This document shows, in pieces, positions 11,613 to 25,287 of a DNA stretch of 64,000 bases. The notes beneath the pieces are model-generated. The model was not told where the DNA came from and made no database searches. It saw only the letters and a program-made list of their open reading frames with translations. The first letter of the stretch is position 1. Each line of letters begins with the position of its first letter. The position numbers and the translations under genes were made by a program. Origin of the DNA: Paraphysomonas bandaiensis (lineage: Eukaryota; Protista; Chrysophyceae); assembly GCA_965644295.1 (NCBI GenBank), contig CBFFRP010000348.1, forward strand, positions 198,477-262,476. The letters run 5' to 3'.

Positions 11613-13581
11613 TTAAAGCGTCGATTTGCAAGATATAGAATCCAATGAACTCAATATTCGATCAATATCATCAACCGACATCGTCATTAGCTTTGTAATA
11701 AGATCCTTGGCAGGCGCAGTCCCAACTGTATTACTTGAAGTCATTTTGCAGGTGGTGTCCTCACTGTCCAATGTAGGTGACGGCAATGCATGAAGCACCT
11801 TTTCTGCCCAAGTAGCGGCAACACCTTCCGCAATAGCCACAGAAGTGCTACTGAAGCGTGTGTGTGGAATGGAGGGAGGTCCAACAGATGCAAGATGGCT
11901 CTGCAACCCACTCACTATATGTACGGCACCCGACGCCGTGAGATACACTAAGCAGCCTTCCTCCAGGCAAGGTGCGCACGTTGGGGTTTCGGTTGGGATG
12001 TCACATTGGTGTTGTTGTTGGTCTTGAACTACGTCCGATGACACATCGTCCCCGACTGTACTCTCAGCTGATGAAGAGCGCTGAGGATGCATCATATCAC
12101 CGCTCACCTCGGAAGAATCCGAGCGCGAGTGCATCGCTATCCCTGTAGCCTTCGGCTTCCTTACCAAGTGGGACAAGTTCCCTATAGAAAACAGAACACA
12201 TTCACAAACAGTCAATTAAATCAATGTAGTGCACTTCGATATACACAGAAAAGAGTGGTAAACAGACATACCTACGCCAAAATCTGTCATTATGGTGCTC
12301 TGAAATGAATGTCTACTATCGAAGAGGAAAACACGACTGCTGTTACTGGACCCGTGTTCATCAAGAGAAATTATCAGCGTGTGACCAGAGTGAGATGCGG
12401 CTACTAAAAAAGAACCTGTAGGGTAGTATTTCTTTTCGAATAACTCCTCTTCCTGAATCTCCACCTCACCTTTTTCCATCCCTTCCTCTTGACTCACACC
12501 ACCTTCAGCAGCTGTAGAAAAGCTCACAGAGGGTATTAAGAATCCCAGTCGAAACAGTGCAAAGCGGGTGTGAAAGCACTGCACAACCTCCCACTCAGAA
12601 CCACCACGCCCACTCTCAGACCCAGCAAGTACTGCTGTCACTATGCGGCAAATACAGATACGCCCATCCAACCAGGCTACAGCAAATCCATGTGGACCAA
12701 GCGCCCGCCCCGTTCGTACCACTGCAGCCCCTGTGAATGATGCACACTCCGCCGATGGGAAAGGAGGGGCCCGACCAGGGCGTACTTCTACAAGTCGAAA
12801 ACTCAAATTTGGCACAGACTCAGCTGATGAGTCAACAGAGTCTGAGGCAGGAGGCAAAGAAAGACAAGCCACGACTGATACACCTCCCGAAGTGGAACCC
12901 ACAATGAGATGTCCTCCCTCCAACACATCCATTGACTTCACAGCACCAGGTACTTGAAACTTCTCTTCTGGTGAGAGGGTCTTGGTCCCCGATATGTACC
13001 TGACACGATTACCCTGTTAGTTAGAGATATACCTTGAACATCAGCAACCTGTGGGTTGATATCGTGTGACCGCTCGCCGTAACAACATAAGGCACACCAT
13101 CTAAACTACAATAAACTGTAATAGACAAATAAATTAAAACCTAGATACTCACGAAAGCATTCGCCAGCAGACGCTATTGGGGTTGCTACAGTTCACAGAC
13201 ACAGAGATCTTAAGTACAGAGGTCTTGCTGTCCCTATCTAATTCAACGAGTTCAAAAACAGTTATGTGTCCATCTAAACCTAGCAGTGCAATCATGTCAT
13301 TCGGAACCACTCCAAATTTACAAATATGAGCATCAGATATTGGATATCGGGACAGCGTGTCAGCAGGAACATAACCGTCAGAGTCCTATTTAACATATAA
13401 AGCCAATTACTCACACACCATGCATCACTTGTACCTTATGGATTAATATCTCCCCAAAGCTACTGATAGTGGCGAGCTCATCGACGCCGTCGCCGTCAAA
13501 GTCCCCCACAAGAAGAAACTTCGGCTTGAATCTTATGCCGCTTAGCTTATCTTGGCGATTGAAACAAATGTCCCGCAGCAT
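11613..13581 (-). CDS. ITFG2: ITFG2 (KICSTOR subunit)-like FG-GAP protein, multi-exon
   Basis: Exon 1 (absent from the ORF track) reads MLRDICFNRQDKLSGIRFKPKFLLVGDFDGDGVDELATISSFGEILIHK, which parallels ITFG2 [25 protein letters not shown]. Exon 2 has MIALLGLDGHITVFE; later CLVYLTASGAVHI. Confidence 0.65.
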
Positions 13582-14153
13582 GAATGTTCAGTGATAGGAT
13601 GGAGAGCTTCAGTTCTAGTCCTCCTCGAAGGTAGATGGGCCTGTGTGAGGGATATGGAGCTGGGTGTGTCTATCTATCACGTGATCTCTGCACACACTGC
13701 TGCCTGCTGTGTACACAGACAGACAGACGCATTCTACACTACTGTACACTGATCCTCTAGATTACCGTACCCCTGTAGCCCGTTCACGGATATGATGTAG
13801 AGCAGCAGTTTCATATATATGACTGACGGTCAGCTGTATATGTATGTATGTATGTATGTATGACAGGCCCGTATATAAGAGCCGGTATGAGCTGCATACT
13901 TTCTCATACGGACTCATCCGTGCAGGTGTGTATATATGCATGCTGTCGAGAGACCTTAACCGTGATATAGAGGGATAGGGTGGTGGTGCACGGGTCTCTT
14001 CGAGCTTATCACCTGTAGAGTGAAGTGGTGTGACTGTTGTTTCTCTCATGTCGCTCTGTCTCTGCTATTCTCTATGAGCTGAGATCAGCATTAACATCGC
14101 AGTCAGTTATTTGTGTTGGAACTTCAAGCCATTATTGAGACTGCTGTTTCGAT

Positions 14154-17100
14154 ATGGACGATCAGAAGTTACTATCTCTGACAAGAATACGCTTACCCAA
14201 ACACCACAAGAAGCTGCTGTCTTCTTCCATTGATAACAGTCAGATAACAGTCTTCAGTGGAGGCAATGATGTTTTGCGTGCTCAGCACCCTGCTGATGAC
14301 GATGTTCCCATTACATCTAGTCTAATACCTTCAAAGGGTATTCCTAAACATATATTTGATCACAGGAAGCCACACTTGCCGAGGAAAAAGAGAGCTAAAC
14401 GACTCAAACCCAGCAAAGAAATACAGTCAATTAGGTCTCAATATATGTATGGAGAAGAAATTTTATCCATGGGACCGTCAAAGTTATCACAGTATTCGCT
14501 GAGTAAGTCTCTTGACGGTCGCAATAGACTTCAGCAAGATACTTTTGCAAGTCTACCAAAGACTAATCCCAAGCGGGCTGCCGATAGACTGAGGGCTGTA
14601 GAGGGAGCGATACAGGGTGAACACGACTATTTGATGACTGGGGAGAAGCTTGAGCGTTTGCGAGCTATCAATGTAGCCGAGCAATATATAAACCGGATGC
14701 CGCTGCATTACCTTTATTCCAAAGTAGAGTTGAGACATTATGCAGTGGAGCGAGCTTGCAACAGTCTCTTCAAACTTGCTCATAAGAAGGCCAACCGTTT
14801 AATGGAGCTGAGTATGAAGCGATGGAAATCTGTAGAGCCTGAACCTCTTTTTGATTTGTCGAAACTAAACGAGAAGCAAATCGGATTTCTGTCAATAGCG
14901 AAGAGGCTCGACAAGATGCTGAAGAAACAGTTAAAAAAATATTTCAGGATCTGGTCTTTCAACTATGGCACCCGCTTCGCAGCCATACGCAACAAGCAAT
15001 ACAATAATGCTGCTTACCTTATTCAGGACTGGTATTCTAAAATGAAGGTGATAAGGAAGCAACCATTCAGGGATTTTATCAGCGTTATTCAGATGTGTCT
15101 ACACAGACGCAGAGCCATATACTATGCAATAAAGTTCGAACAAACTCGCCGACAAGCTTTGAATAAGATGCGCAAGGGTATTGCAACCCGGCGGAGGTAT
15201 CACTTTGCCGCCCGTGTCATTCAACGGATTATGCGGTGGCTTATGGCTTATCGTGAAACTAAGTGGCGGCTCGTGCGGATTATTAACGCCCGACGAATGC
15301 AGCGGTGGCGGCGACGCATGATGAAACGCCCAGAGAAAGACCTAATGTTGATACGCGTAGGTTTGCTAACATGTGGGGGACATACGAAGGTTGTGAGTAA
15401 GATGCCTGATATGCATCGGAACCCGGATTCACTGCTCCTTAGCATAGACGGTTGCATATCTGCCATACAGCGCTGGTACATGGCATGCATGGGAAAAATG
15501 GACTTATTTATTCGATTAGCCGCACGTCGTCGAGCCCTAGAGTTAGAAGCCAAAAGAAACAAGAATGCTGCCATTATACAAGGATGTTATCGTGCACGAC
15601 TGTGGCGAGAACTTCTACGGGCGGCTGTTATTAATAATAGGGCACGTAGAATCCAGCGTGGGTATAGAGCGCACCAGTACCGTGTGTGGGTTTACCGTGC
15701 AGTGCAACGGCTTAAGGCTCGGAGAGCGAGGAAGATACAGCGCTTTTTACGAAGACACATGGCAATGCGGAAGCTCAGAGATCGTTTTGAGGCCCGACGA
15801 ATTAAGATGGCATGTGACCGAATATTATATGTTGTTTTGGTTAAGAGGGTGCAACGAAACTACCGTGCCCACGTGATATACATGGCCATAAAGAAAGAAG
15901 AAATGCGCCAATTCTTCGCTGCCCAGAGATTAAAGTCTGACGTTGTACTTAGCTCTGTGCGAAGGATACAGCTTAACTTCAGAGACTCACGACGACCACA
16001 GAGCAAACTCTGTCGCCATGTGCGTCTATATGCACTTAATGCGCGCAATAGAGAGCGACATTGTATTTGGAAAGCTGCCTATGTGATTCAGAAGCTTGCG
16101 AAGAGTTACATTGCTGCCCAAAGACTTCGTGATTTGCAAATGAGAATAGATGCAGCCAATAAAATATGGAGATTAGCAAAGGCATACCTTCTGAAGAAAT
16201 ATGTTGCGTACCTTGTTGCTGAGACCAGAAAGCGTCGCAATGCTGCTGCTAGCAGAATCCAGCACAATTACCGCCAATTCACATGGCTCAAGATATTGTA
16301 CGGGCGATTTGCTGTTATGAAGGCACGCATTGAATTAGAGCGCTTGCGCAACAGGTCAGCCGCAACGATCCAGGCAATGGTAAGAAAAGTGTCTGAGGAA
16401 TACAATATGCCACTTCGTATAGCAGCTAGGTGAGTAAGGAGGTGCGAGATAATTTCTTTGTAATCTCTTGTGTACAGAGGCCAAGTAAGAAAGAAGAGGA
16501 GACAACGAAGAGAAGATCGCATTGCAGCTCTCAGAAACGCCTCAGCTGCTATCGTTCAGAAATTTTTTAGAGGAGTAGTGAAATGGTCTCAATTCTGTAA
16601 AACAGCGCGCTCCATCAGAATGGATATAAGGCGAAACAAGTACGTATGATTGTCTGGCTTCATAATGTATAAATAATATCGAGTGCAGTGCTGCGAGGCG
16701 CATCCAGAGACTCATTAGGGCGTTCCTGGCAACGTCACGTGTTAACCGCTGTGTGCGTGAACGTATGAGACGGAATAGAGAGGCTGAGATTCGACTTGAG
16801 AAGCAAAATGCTGCGAATACAATTGGCCGGTGGTGGAAAAGAAGTAACGAGATGTTCACTCTAAGATCTTTATTTAAGTTAAGAAAGAAGGTAAGCTATA
16901 TGCTCGTTTGTAGCGGGCTGACGTTTGTTGCAGATGCTTGATGAGTACAAGAGAATGGAAGCTGAAAGACTGAAAGCAGAAGAAGAACGCTTGGAAGCTC
17001 TAGATGAAGTCAAAGCTTCTGAAGAGAATATGGCAGCAACAATTCTTGCTTCCTGGAAACAAGGGAGTGATACCAATGGAAGAAACTACTATTACAACTA

Positions 17101-18004
17101 TGTAACTGGGGAGTCGCAGTGGGACCCGCCGGATAACTGGACCTTGAAAGTAACTGACGCGTGGATTCGAAATATTAATGAACGAGGTCAGGTGTACTAC
17201 TACAATCAGCAGACAGGAGAGTCAAGGTGGCTTCCCCCATGTTGCGTATGCGGTAAGGAGGCTGATCGATGGTGCACCGACTGCTGCGCTGCGTATTGTG
17301 TGGAAGATTACACGTCGGTCCATGATGAAAGCAAGGATGAAGATATGGCCGCTCATACTTGGGCAGTTGCTGACTTGGCGAAAGAAGTACTAAAGCCTGG
17401 ACAAGTTTATTGCATTGAATGCAAGAAACGTGTATGCACAAAGGTCTGTCTGGTTTGCTGGGACAACTATTGTGACCAGTGTTTCAAATTTGTTCACCAT
17501 GTTGGCGACTTAAAGACACATGAAACGATATCATTCAGGCGAGCGAAACAAGGTTGGAACGCCATTAAACCAAAGAACAAAGGAGATCGTGTATACTATG
17601 TAAACGGCCTGACTGGAGAAACAACTTACGAGAAACCAAAGCAATTGATGTCACCTATTGAGTTAGAGTACTATGAAAACTTCATTAACCATCGTGAAGC
17701 TGCTGAATCGTATGTCTCAAAAATAGATCAATTGCAAAACGAAGTTGAGGCGCTGAAATATGAACGGGACATCCGGCTATCAAATGATATTATGTCTGCG
17801 AAAAAGAATGATAAAAAAGATAGCAAGAAAGGAGGCACAGGTGATGTCATGGCCTCAGTAAAGGGTACCTCGGGCGTCCTTTCTCTCCTCACTGGCATGT
17901 CTCAAGCTTACCGTGCCCGATTAATGCAGAGTGACAGCAGAAAAAGAGGACATCAGCGATCTGAGTATATTAAAAATTTGTTAGAAAGTAAGGAAGATGG
18001 GTAG
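14154..18004 (+). CDS. Large IQ-motif repeat protein with C-terminal WW domains and B-box zinc fingers
   Basis: Many IQxxxR motifs (IQRGYRAH, IQRFLRRH, IQHNYRQF). WW motifs WKQGSD..YYYNYVTGESQWDPP and YYYNQQTGESRWLPP. Cys/His B-box patterns. Short introns near 16430-16477, 16640-16688 and 16891-16933. Confidence 0.8.
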
Positions 18005-18429
18005 CCTATATCGGCGGTGATGTTGTATTTGTATAATCGTATATGTATCATGTTATAGCCAGTGTCTTAACTAAAGAATGTGTAGTGTCTTTCATTAGTA
18101 TTGTCTATACTCTGTACGAACATGCTCAAGTTGCATAGTATACACATATATGCTACATTCTAAAACTATAAAACCGAACACATTCTGCGGGAGTGACATG
18201 TCATCGCATAGCAGGTATAGAAACCGTGTTGCTTATTTCTTCTCTTTATTGCGCTCATCGTTGGAATTGAAAAAACATTTCACTAAAAAAACTTTGTCTA
18301 TCGGGCATTTGACAAAATTTTGACCAATAATAACTGCTATTATTATTTTCTTGCAGTCCCAATTTCAATTACTGCCCTGTCATTTATTGGTTGCTACTAT
18401 GAACTGCTAGAATCGGCCATCATGTAAAT

Positions 18430-18465
18430 ATAATATGGGCCATTATTAATGGTGTCCAGGCCCTG
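18430..18465. repeat. Isolated hAT TIR-like relic
   Basis: CCATTATTAATGGTGTCCAGGCCCTG resembles the ends at 5836-5858 and, inverted, 4386. Confidence 0.4.
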
Positions 18466-19041
18466 GTATGAAGTATGAAGACAACGGAAATCAGAGTATT
18501 GTCTCTCTTTCCAAGTCTTTAGCTTTCATCTTTGTAAGTTTACTGTGTCAAAGCAAGACAGCAGGACGATTAAACTTAAATAACTGAACAAAGAACTCTC
18601 TCAATAACTAATTTATTAAATTTTCGATCAGCATCACTTATCGATACTGCCATTTACTAAATTTATATCGTCACTACTACCAATAAAAATTATCAGATCT
18701 GAGATAGTCACGATCTTATACAGCTAATATATTTCAGTTTCATTAACATAATTCATATCGTATAATTAGATCATGTAATACTGTTTACAGCTACTGCATT
18801 CTCCAACAACGGTCATAATTCAAATACTTTAAAGTACAGCTTTTAATTGCTTACAAATAGCAAAACTCAACAGAGTCCTTTTGGGATCTCAAGATATTTT
18901 ATTCGGGCCCTAATGGCATTGGCAATTACCTAAATGATTAGCGAAACGTGAAAAATATACACCAATAAGAGCGTAAATCAGTAAAACCACTAAGAGGTAT
19001 CAACAATTTCAAATACATGCGAAAATAGGTCCTGTGACCAG

Positions 19042-21312
19042 CTACTTCCTCATATACGACATATCAAGACGATTCCATGGAAAAAATGTGGCCAAGAACA
19101 GTTGCATCAACGGTAGATTAGGGTCAAGATTTCCACGACTTGAGCTGGATCCAGAAATAGCCAGTATTCGATCAAGTGTGTCGTCTACATCGTCCCCAAT
19201 AACTCCTTGTCGTCGCATCTGTGTAAGCTCCGCTCGCAATGCTAATTCGTTCACTTCACCACCGCTCAGAGCGTGTGCTATGGCCCCTCCTGGTGCAGCA
19301 ACTTCTTCCAGTCTGGCTACCCCCCTTCGTTGATTATCACCCACTAATCCAAGCCGTACACCCCTCCAATCTCCAAGCAGGGCTGCAAGTTCTCTCCTGT
19401 CAGCTAAGCCAGCAAGCACTCGCGGGTTTGCCAGCCGTGGGTCCAGCGGATCGGCATCGGGAGGAAGACGAGGAAATTCCTCAAGGAAGTCATCTGACTG
19501 CGCATGAATACATCGTGTAACTATATCGACTTGAACTAGTCGCCTCAGGTCGTGTGTTGCGAGAGAAACCGCCTTAATCAAAGCTTAAAACATCTATTAT
19601 ACGCGCATCAGTACAGACAACCTGTTCAGTAGTGCATTCACCCTCCTGTAACCCTTTCAGAAATGAGTCGGCGGCATCGTAGAGCCAGTCCAGCACATCA
19701 CTCCGCTGCCAAATTGAGACAGATTGTCCATCTAATACAGTGTCACGTCCAGTTAGTAGAGTTGAGCTGCGAATGCGGTAAAGGTTTCCAATATGACACA
19801 GTAACTCTGCACCACTCTTTCCAACAGTATGTTCCAACCTGATAGACCACAAATAAGTATCGATGAAAGCAGTTGTCAGCGAACATACTGAGATTGCGAA
19901 GAAAATCGAGAGAAAAAGGTACTGCTAAAAATTCTTTTCCATCGGTCAGACTCCATGGTACTGGTTTCCAATAGATATCGTAACATGAAGGGGAACCGAC
20001 GGAGCGCATCTACAAGTGTGTCATGAGATTCCGTAAACCTCACACCTTTGTTTTCATTCAACTTTGTCGCCAGCGAGCAAGAGAATGCCCAGAATGGAAG
20101 GACCTCATGCAGATGAACTCCATCCGGGAGGCCAAGCTCGGCGGCAGCAGCCTCAGAGCAGAAGCTCGCGATCTCGTCTTCACGTCTCGCCTGCAACAGT
20201 AAGTGGTCAATGAACAAAAGCGCGCCCATGGGGTCAGTAGCAGGGCTCAATGACAACAAACATTTTCCAACATCAGCCGCAACGGATGGACATCCCAGCA
20301 TAGCAACAATCTGCATGTGTCTGAACAGAGCAGTGAAAAAGGCGTTATTTTCCACAGCCTTTGCATCCATTAGGTATCTATTTCCCGCACAGCCCACTAA
20401 GCGAAAGGGGCGGAAACCGTCCAAACCAGCACATTCACAATAGTACAGACATCTTCGGATGAGGTCACCAGCCCTGTCCATCTGTCCGGTACGGGCGAAG
20501 ACCATTCCCAGTTGAACAAGAGCATCAAGGTGATGCGGATATCTTCCAATAAATGCAGCCAACATGTTCACATCTCCACTGCTCTGCACAACTGCAAAGG
20601 ACTCATGCGCACGACGATAGTCTTCTGACCACTTAAATTTGATCCATTTTTCTCCATTCACTGGATAATAGACAGGGGGTGATGTTTCTTCCACTCCAAT
20701 TCCTCCACATACAAGAGATAGAGGTCGAGGCCAGTCTTCTTTAGGGGTGCCAAACACTAAGTGCCTTCGTTTCGGATAAGCCCTCCGGCCCCGACCATGA
20801 TTCATGTTATTTACTTGCACTAGTTCACCGCGACCACGCCTTCGTTTTGGTTTACACCTTCCAGTACTCTTTTCTTCCAACGAGGACAAGGCTCGTCCTC
20901 CAAACCGCATGCGCATAACTGCATCAACATCCAAACTGTCTTGAGCAACATATAGAAAAGAGTCATTAGACGAGTTCACAGGTGTTTTCCATTCGTCGAG
21001 CTGTGTGTTCCCCTCCACATCTTCCTCCTCATAAGAGTCATCTGTCTTCTGGGGGTCATGAGGGGGACTCTCATCACATGCAGTCACATTAGCCAATACA
21101 GACACCCCGTCACTGCCACTGTCCCTGTCCGAGGACGGGTCTGTCTCTGTGTCCGATGAGCTCTCGTCCAGCACTGTGAAATTGTGTGTCTGTGTCTGTA
21201 TCTCCCCCTCCGCCTCCCCCTCCATCCCCTCTATATCTATATTCATATCTATGTCTACTGCTCTGCCATCGAGCCGTCCACGAGAAAGAATATTGCGGTG
21301 CTTTGCGCTCAT
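19042..21312 (-). CDS. TCF25: TCF25/Rqc1 ribosome quality control factor
   Basis: TPKEDWPR, FKWSEDY, RYPHHLDALVQL, AGDLIRRCLY, LLSLSPATDPMGALLFIDHL; C-terminal LFLATFFPW. Three ORF segments joined by short introns. Confidence 0.85.
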
Positions 21313-21633
21313 CTTTCAGCCCCGTATGGATCTGTTTTACTATGAATGAGTCTCAGTTCCTTGTGCTCATGTCCAGCTACAGTGCTGTACAGGAGTATGA
21401 TGATGTTCTCACTGGGTCCCGCTCTCTCCTCCTGCTGTACCTATGCACTGTACAGATGTACTTCTACATTGAGCAGATCGTATGCCGTACAGTACAGCAC
21501 TCCGGGGCTGTGAATACTCTGTATACTGCTGTATATCGGGGCGATCTCATTAACAGGCAGCATGGACTGCACAGATATGGTGATCGGATCGATATTACAT
21601 TGACACGTCACTCACATATACTCCCATTGTGCT

Positions 21634-22349
21634 ATGTTATCCCGCATGAAATTCATGCCCCGTAGCCTTCCTCGTGCGTGTAAGAGTAGCTCCCGTGAGC
21701 TGTGCACGCTCTATGGAGGAATGAAGGAGAAGTACTTTAGGGTAACTATAGCACGTAGAATTTGTTTATAGTGAGTTATGGATCTTGTTCGTAGTATCTA
21801 TTCGAGGAGAGACCGCCATTTATAAAGCTTTTTGGACCAAAAGTTGACAGTCTCAGCAAGAATAAAGTATCGATGTCTTTAGAATTTAAAGAAGAGTTTG
21901 TCGGCAATCTCCGAATGCCATGTCTTCATGGGGGTGTTGCAGCCACACTTATAGACCATTGTAGTGGCATGTGTGCTTGGTCTACACTTTCTGACCCTCA
22001 CTCGACAGTAAGCACTGTAGACTTAAGGATCGATTACCTATTGCCTGCGTAAGTTTTGTCAATTTATAGTTAGACTTTAATGACAATGTGCACAGGCCAT
22101 GTGAGAAACTTATTTGTGATGCAGAAATAGTTCAGAAAGGAAATAAGGTACTTTCTGGTATGCAAGCGTATTTGTTTTATTAATATCGCTCTGTAGTTAA
22201 TTAGGGTAGATGCTGTTTTGTGGAACTCCTCTAGAGAGTCCAAAATTGCAATCGGTCGATCTTTATTTAATGTTTATACTGTGGAGGTTGATATGGGTGC
22301 GCAAATGGAAAAGATTCTGACTGAAGAAGAGTTGAAATGGGAAGTTTAA
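21634..22349 (+). CDS. PaaI/hot-dog fold acyl-CoA thioesterase with probable mitochondrial presequence (missed by ORF track)
   Basis: Four exons splice to MLSRMKFMPRSLPRACKSSSR...EFVGNLRMPCLHGGVAATLIDHC...VSTVDLRIDYLLPA...LIRVDAVLW...KWEV*. Confidence 0.85.
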
Positions 22350-23233
22350 CTCGATGTTTTATATTTAGTTATAACAGATTAAAACAAAATACATGCATTA
22401 TATTGTGACATAATGCGGATATAATTTTAGTGGTCAAAACCTTGGCCGCGCTGTGACTGTGTACATATATAATATTAGTCAACATTAGCTCTGATGCTCT
22501 GATACTAGCTCGAGCTACTCACACAATACTCTGGGTGACTACAAAACTGACACAAACACAAAAATAAGTACTTTGCGACCTATTCGCAACACAATGCAAA
22601 GTTATTTTCACAAACAAATTATCTCAACAATTTGTGCCATGTAGAAATTTACGTCAAGATTGAGTTCTGAATGTCATACTTGTTTTTATGCTCTGCATGC
22701 CATTAATTATTAATAGATGTGAGCAAGTAGCTTGTTAGACAGTCACAATCGGAACGATTAAATTGATTAGATTGAATCACTATTACTTTGACTAGGTATT
22801 TACACATAAATTATATTTACCATTACACTAGATTGAAACATATTTTGCTTTCATGTATTATCCATTGTATACCTAGATCAAATGTACAATATCTTGTAAT
22901 TTGAATCTTTGAATACTCTCCTGCTGTTTTAACGCCTTCACATTTTGAATATATCAAGTGTGGACACTTCGCTGTTACCAACCCGCACTATTCCTTCTAC
23001 CAAACTTCGGTTTAACACGAATACACAATTTATTCTGATATTATGCCAGTATCGTCAGTACACTACATGACTAAATTCGTAGCTCGCTACTGCGTCTATA
23101 GTGGTGATGACGTGAACAAAGGTAATATAACTCGACTTAAGACTCAAACAAATGTGACATATTAATTTTATCGCATAAGAGAAGACATTGCGATACAGTG
23201 ACAAGTGATATGTACTGCTCAGAATTTAAGGGT

Positions 23234-24234
23234 CTACACGCCGCCCAACGTTTCCTGGCTGGCCTTGCTCCTGGACTCCTCCTGCTCCCTCTCGATGTCA
23301 GCAATTATCTGCTCCAAAGTCTCCTCAGGAACCATCTGTGAGCATTAAACATATTATTAAATTGCAATATATATTAGTTAACTAGCTTACGTGAACAGGT
23401 TCTCCTTTTCTTCTGACTGCAAGTTCGATATTTTTACTTCCAGAATCCACAACCTACTAATCTATCAGCGCATTAAAAATATGTACCAGTTAGCTTACCT
23501 CCATAAGGGCACGAACAGCGAGTCGAACCGCATCTTCTTCGGATTGTCCTTCCGTCCAGTTCTTCTCCAAGAATTCCTTTACAGCTTTTTCATTTCGCCC
23601 GCCGATACAATTTGCCTGGTCATGGTGGTAAGAGCAGTAGGAAGGCGGGAAACAATATTCCATCAACTTACCTTCCACGAGGAATATGTGCCAGCCGGAT
23701 CGGTCAAATACAGCTGGGGTAGACCGTCCGTTGAGAATCCTGCCAGCATGCTGCTGACACCAAACGGTCTAACTCCACCACGCTGTGTGTAGCTCTGTTG
23801 TGTCCTCGCAATGTACCTCGCCATATACTCAATGGATGGAAAGTCTTCGCATGTCAACTGAAAGCTCTGGGCTTCAACACGCGCCTGTGCAATAAATTAT
23901 AAAAAATAATTAATCTATAAACAAAAAATAACCTTTTCAATGAGAACACGGGCATCGGCAGTAAATCCAGCAAATGCGATGGTAATGTTGTCGTCTAATT
24001 TTGCGATTTTGCGAATTGTCCGAGAATCTTGCAGTTGCGCAACAGCTTTTCTTTCCACGCCCAAAATAACACAATCTTTTCCGCGCACACCCACAACAGC
24101 AGAGCCCCTCTTCACTGCCTCCATCGCGTACTCGACTTGAAACAAGTGCCCATCAGGGGAGAATACTGTAATTGCACGATCGTAGCTACAAAATTTGTCA
24201 GACAGTTCAATTAACAACAAAGCACACACCTCAT
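23234..24234 (-). CDS. PSMA7: 20S proteasome subunit alpha-4
   Basis: [57 protein letters not shown]. First coding exon is ATGAG. Confidence 0.95.
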
Positions 24235-24372
24235 ATTAAAAATCTAATTTATATTGTAAGTGGGACCGGTCTCTGGCTTTGTAGACGCAAATGATTGTTA
24301 AATGACAGCAACCCGCTCAAAGGTGTTGCTAGCAATATAATACTGATATGCTGATAGGAGCAAAAATGCACA

Positions 24373-24560
24373 CATACATACATACATACATACATACATA
24401 CATACATACATACATACATACATACATACATACATACATACATACATACATACATACATACATACATACATACATACATACATACATACATACCTACATA
24501 CATACATACATACATACATACATACATACATACATACATACATACATACATACATACATA
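24373..24560. repeat. (CATA)n microsatellite, about 47 units with one CCTA variant
   Basis: Directly visible, about 140 bp upstream of the PSMA7 ATG. Confidence 0.98.
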
Positions 24561-24628
24561 CAACTGAGTACACACATATACAGCAGTGTATCATACGCCA
24601 ATCTGAAGATATGGTACATTGACATACT

Positions 24629-25115
24629 ATGCTTATAAGATTTCAAGAACTGCTCTCGCCCGCTGTCACATACACAGGTGTGGTTGGAGAAGGTGACTGC
24701 TATGGTTCACAGGAGATGCGATGATCAGTGAGTTGTGCGGAGCACTGTTGGACATTATTCCACGTTTGAGTGACGCGCTTGAGCGGGTCTCTCGGAAAAG
24801 TGATCTATCAGGATGCACTGATGTATCCTACTATAGTGTTAGCTTGGTGTATTGGGTGTATCATCCTCCATATTTACACTTGTCTATGACCAGCGCTTCG
24901 AATACGGAAGAGTAAAATTTTTAGCCGTCAAGGAGGAGAATTTGTTCGAGCACTGGTATATCATAGTCATTACGACTGTAGTTAGATTGCAATTATATTA
25001 CCACTGTTATTGTATCTACAGAATTTAAGATATAAGGGACCTATTCTTCAACCAAGTCTAATTGGTGTCATAATTTAGTCTTTACTAATTCGTATATTCA
25101 GTTTCCAATGACTAA
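24629..25115 (+). CDS. Possible small multi-exon hypothetical gene; structure unresolved
   Basis: Splice-like signals join MLIRFQELLSPAVTYTG to DAMISELCGALLDIIPRLSDALERVSRKSDLSGCTD. It occupies the expected divergent position opposite PSMA7, but downstream exon phases are ambiguous. Confidence 0.3.
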
Positions 25116-25287
25116 GTTGACGAGATCATTGCGTGTTGTTGACATATGTGTGTACTGTAATTGATATAAACATGAGTGTATTTATGCTACTATATATCTC
25201 TTTTTCTGTTCTCTAATTTCGCTTTGACCTGATCTACGCTGAGTTGGTTTCGCTTCACTTGTTGTGCGACTTCATTGTACTGAAATG

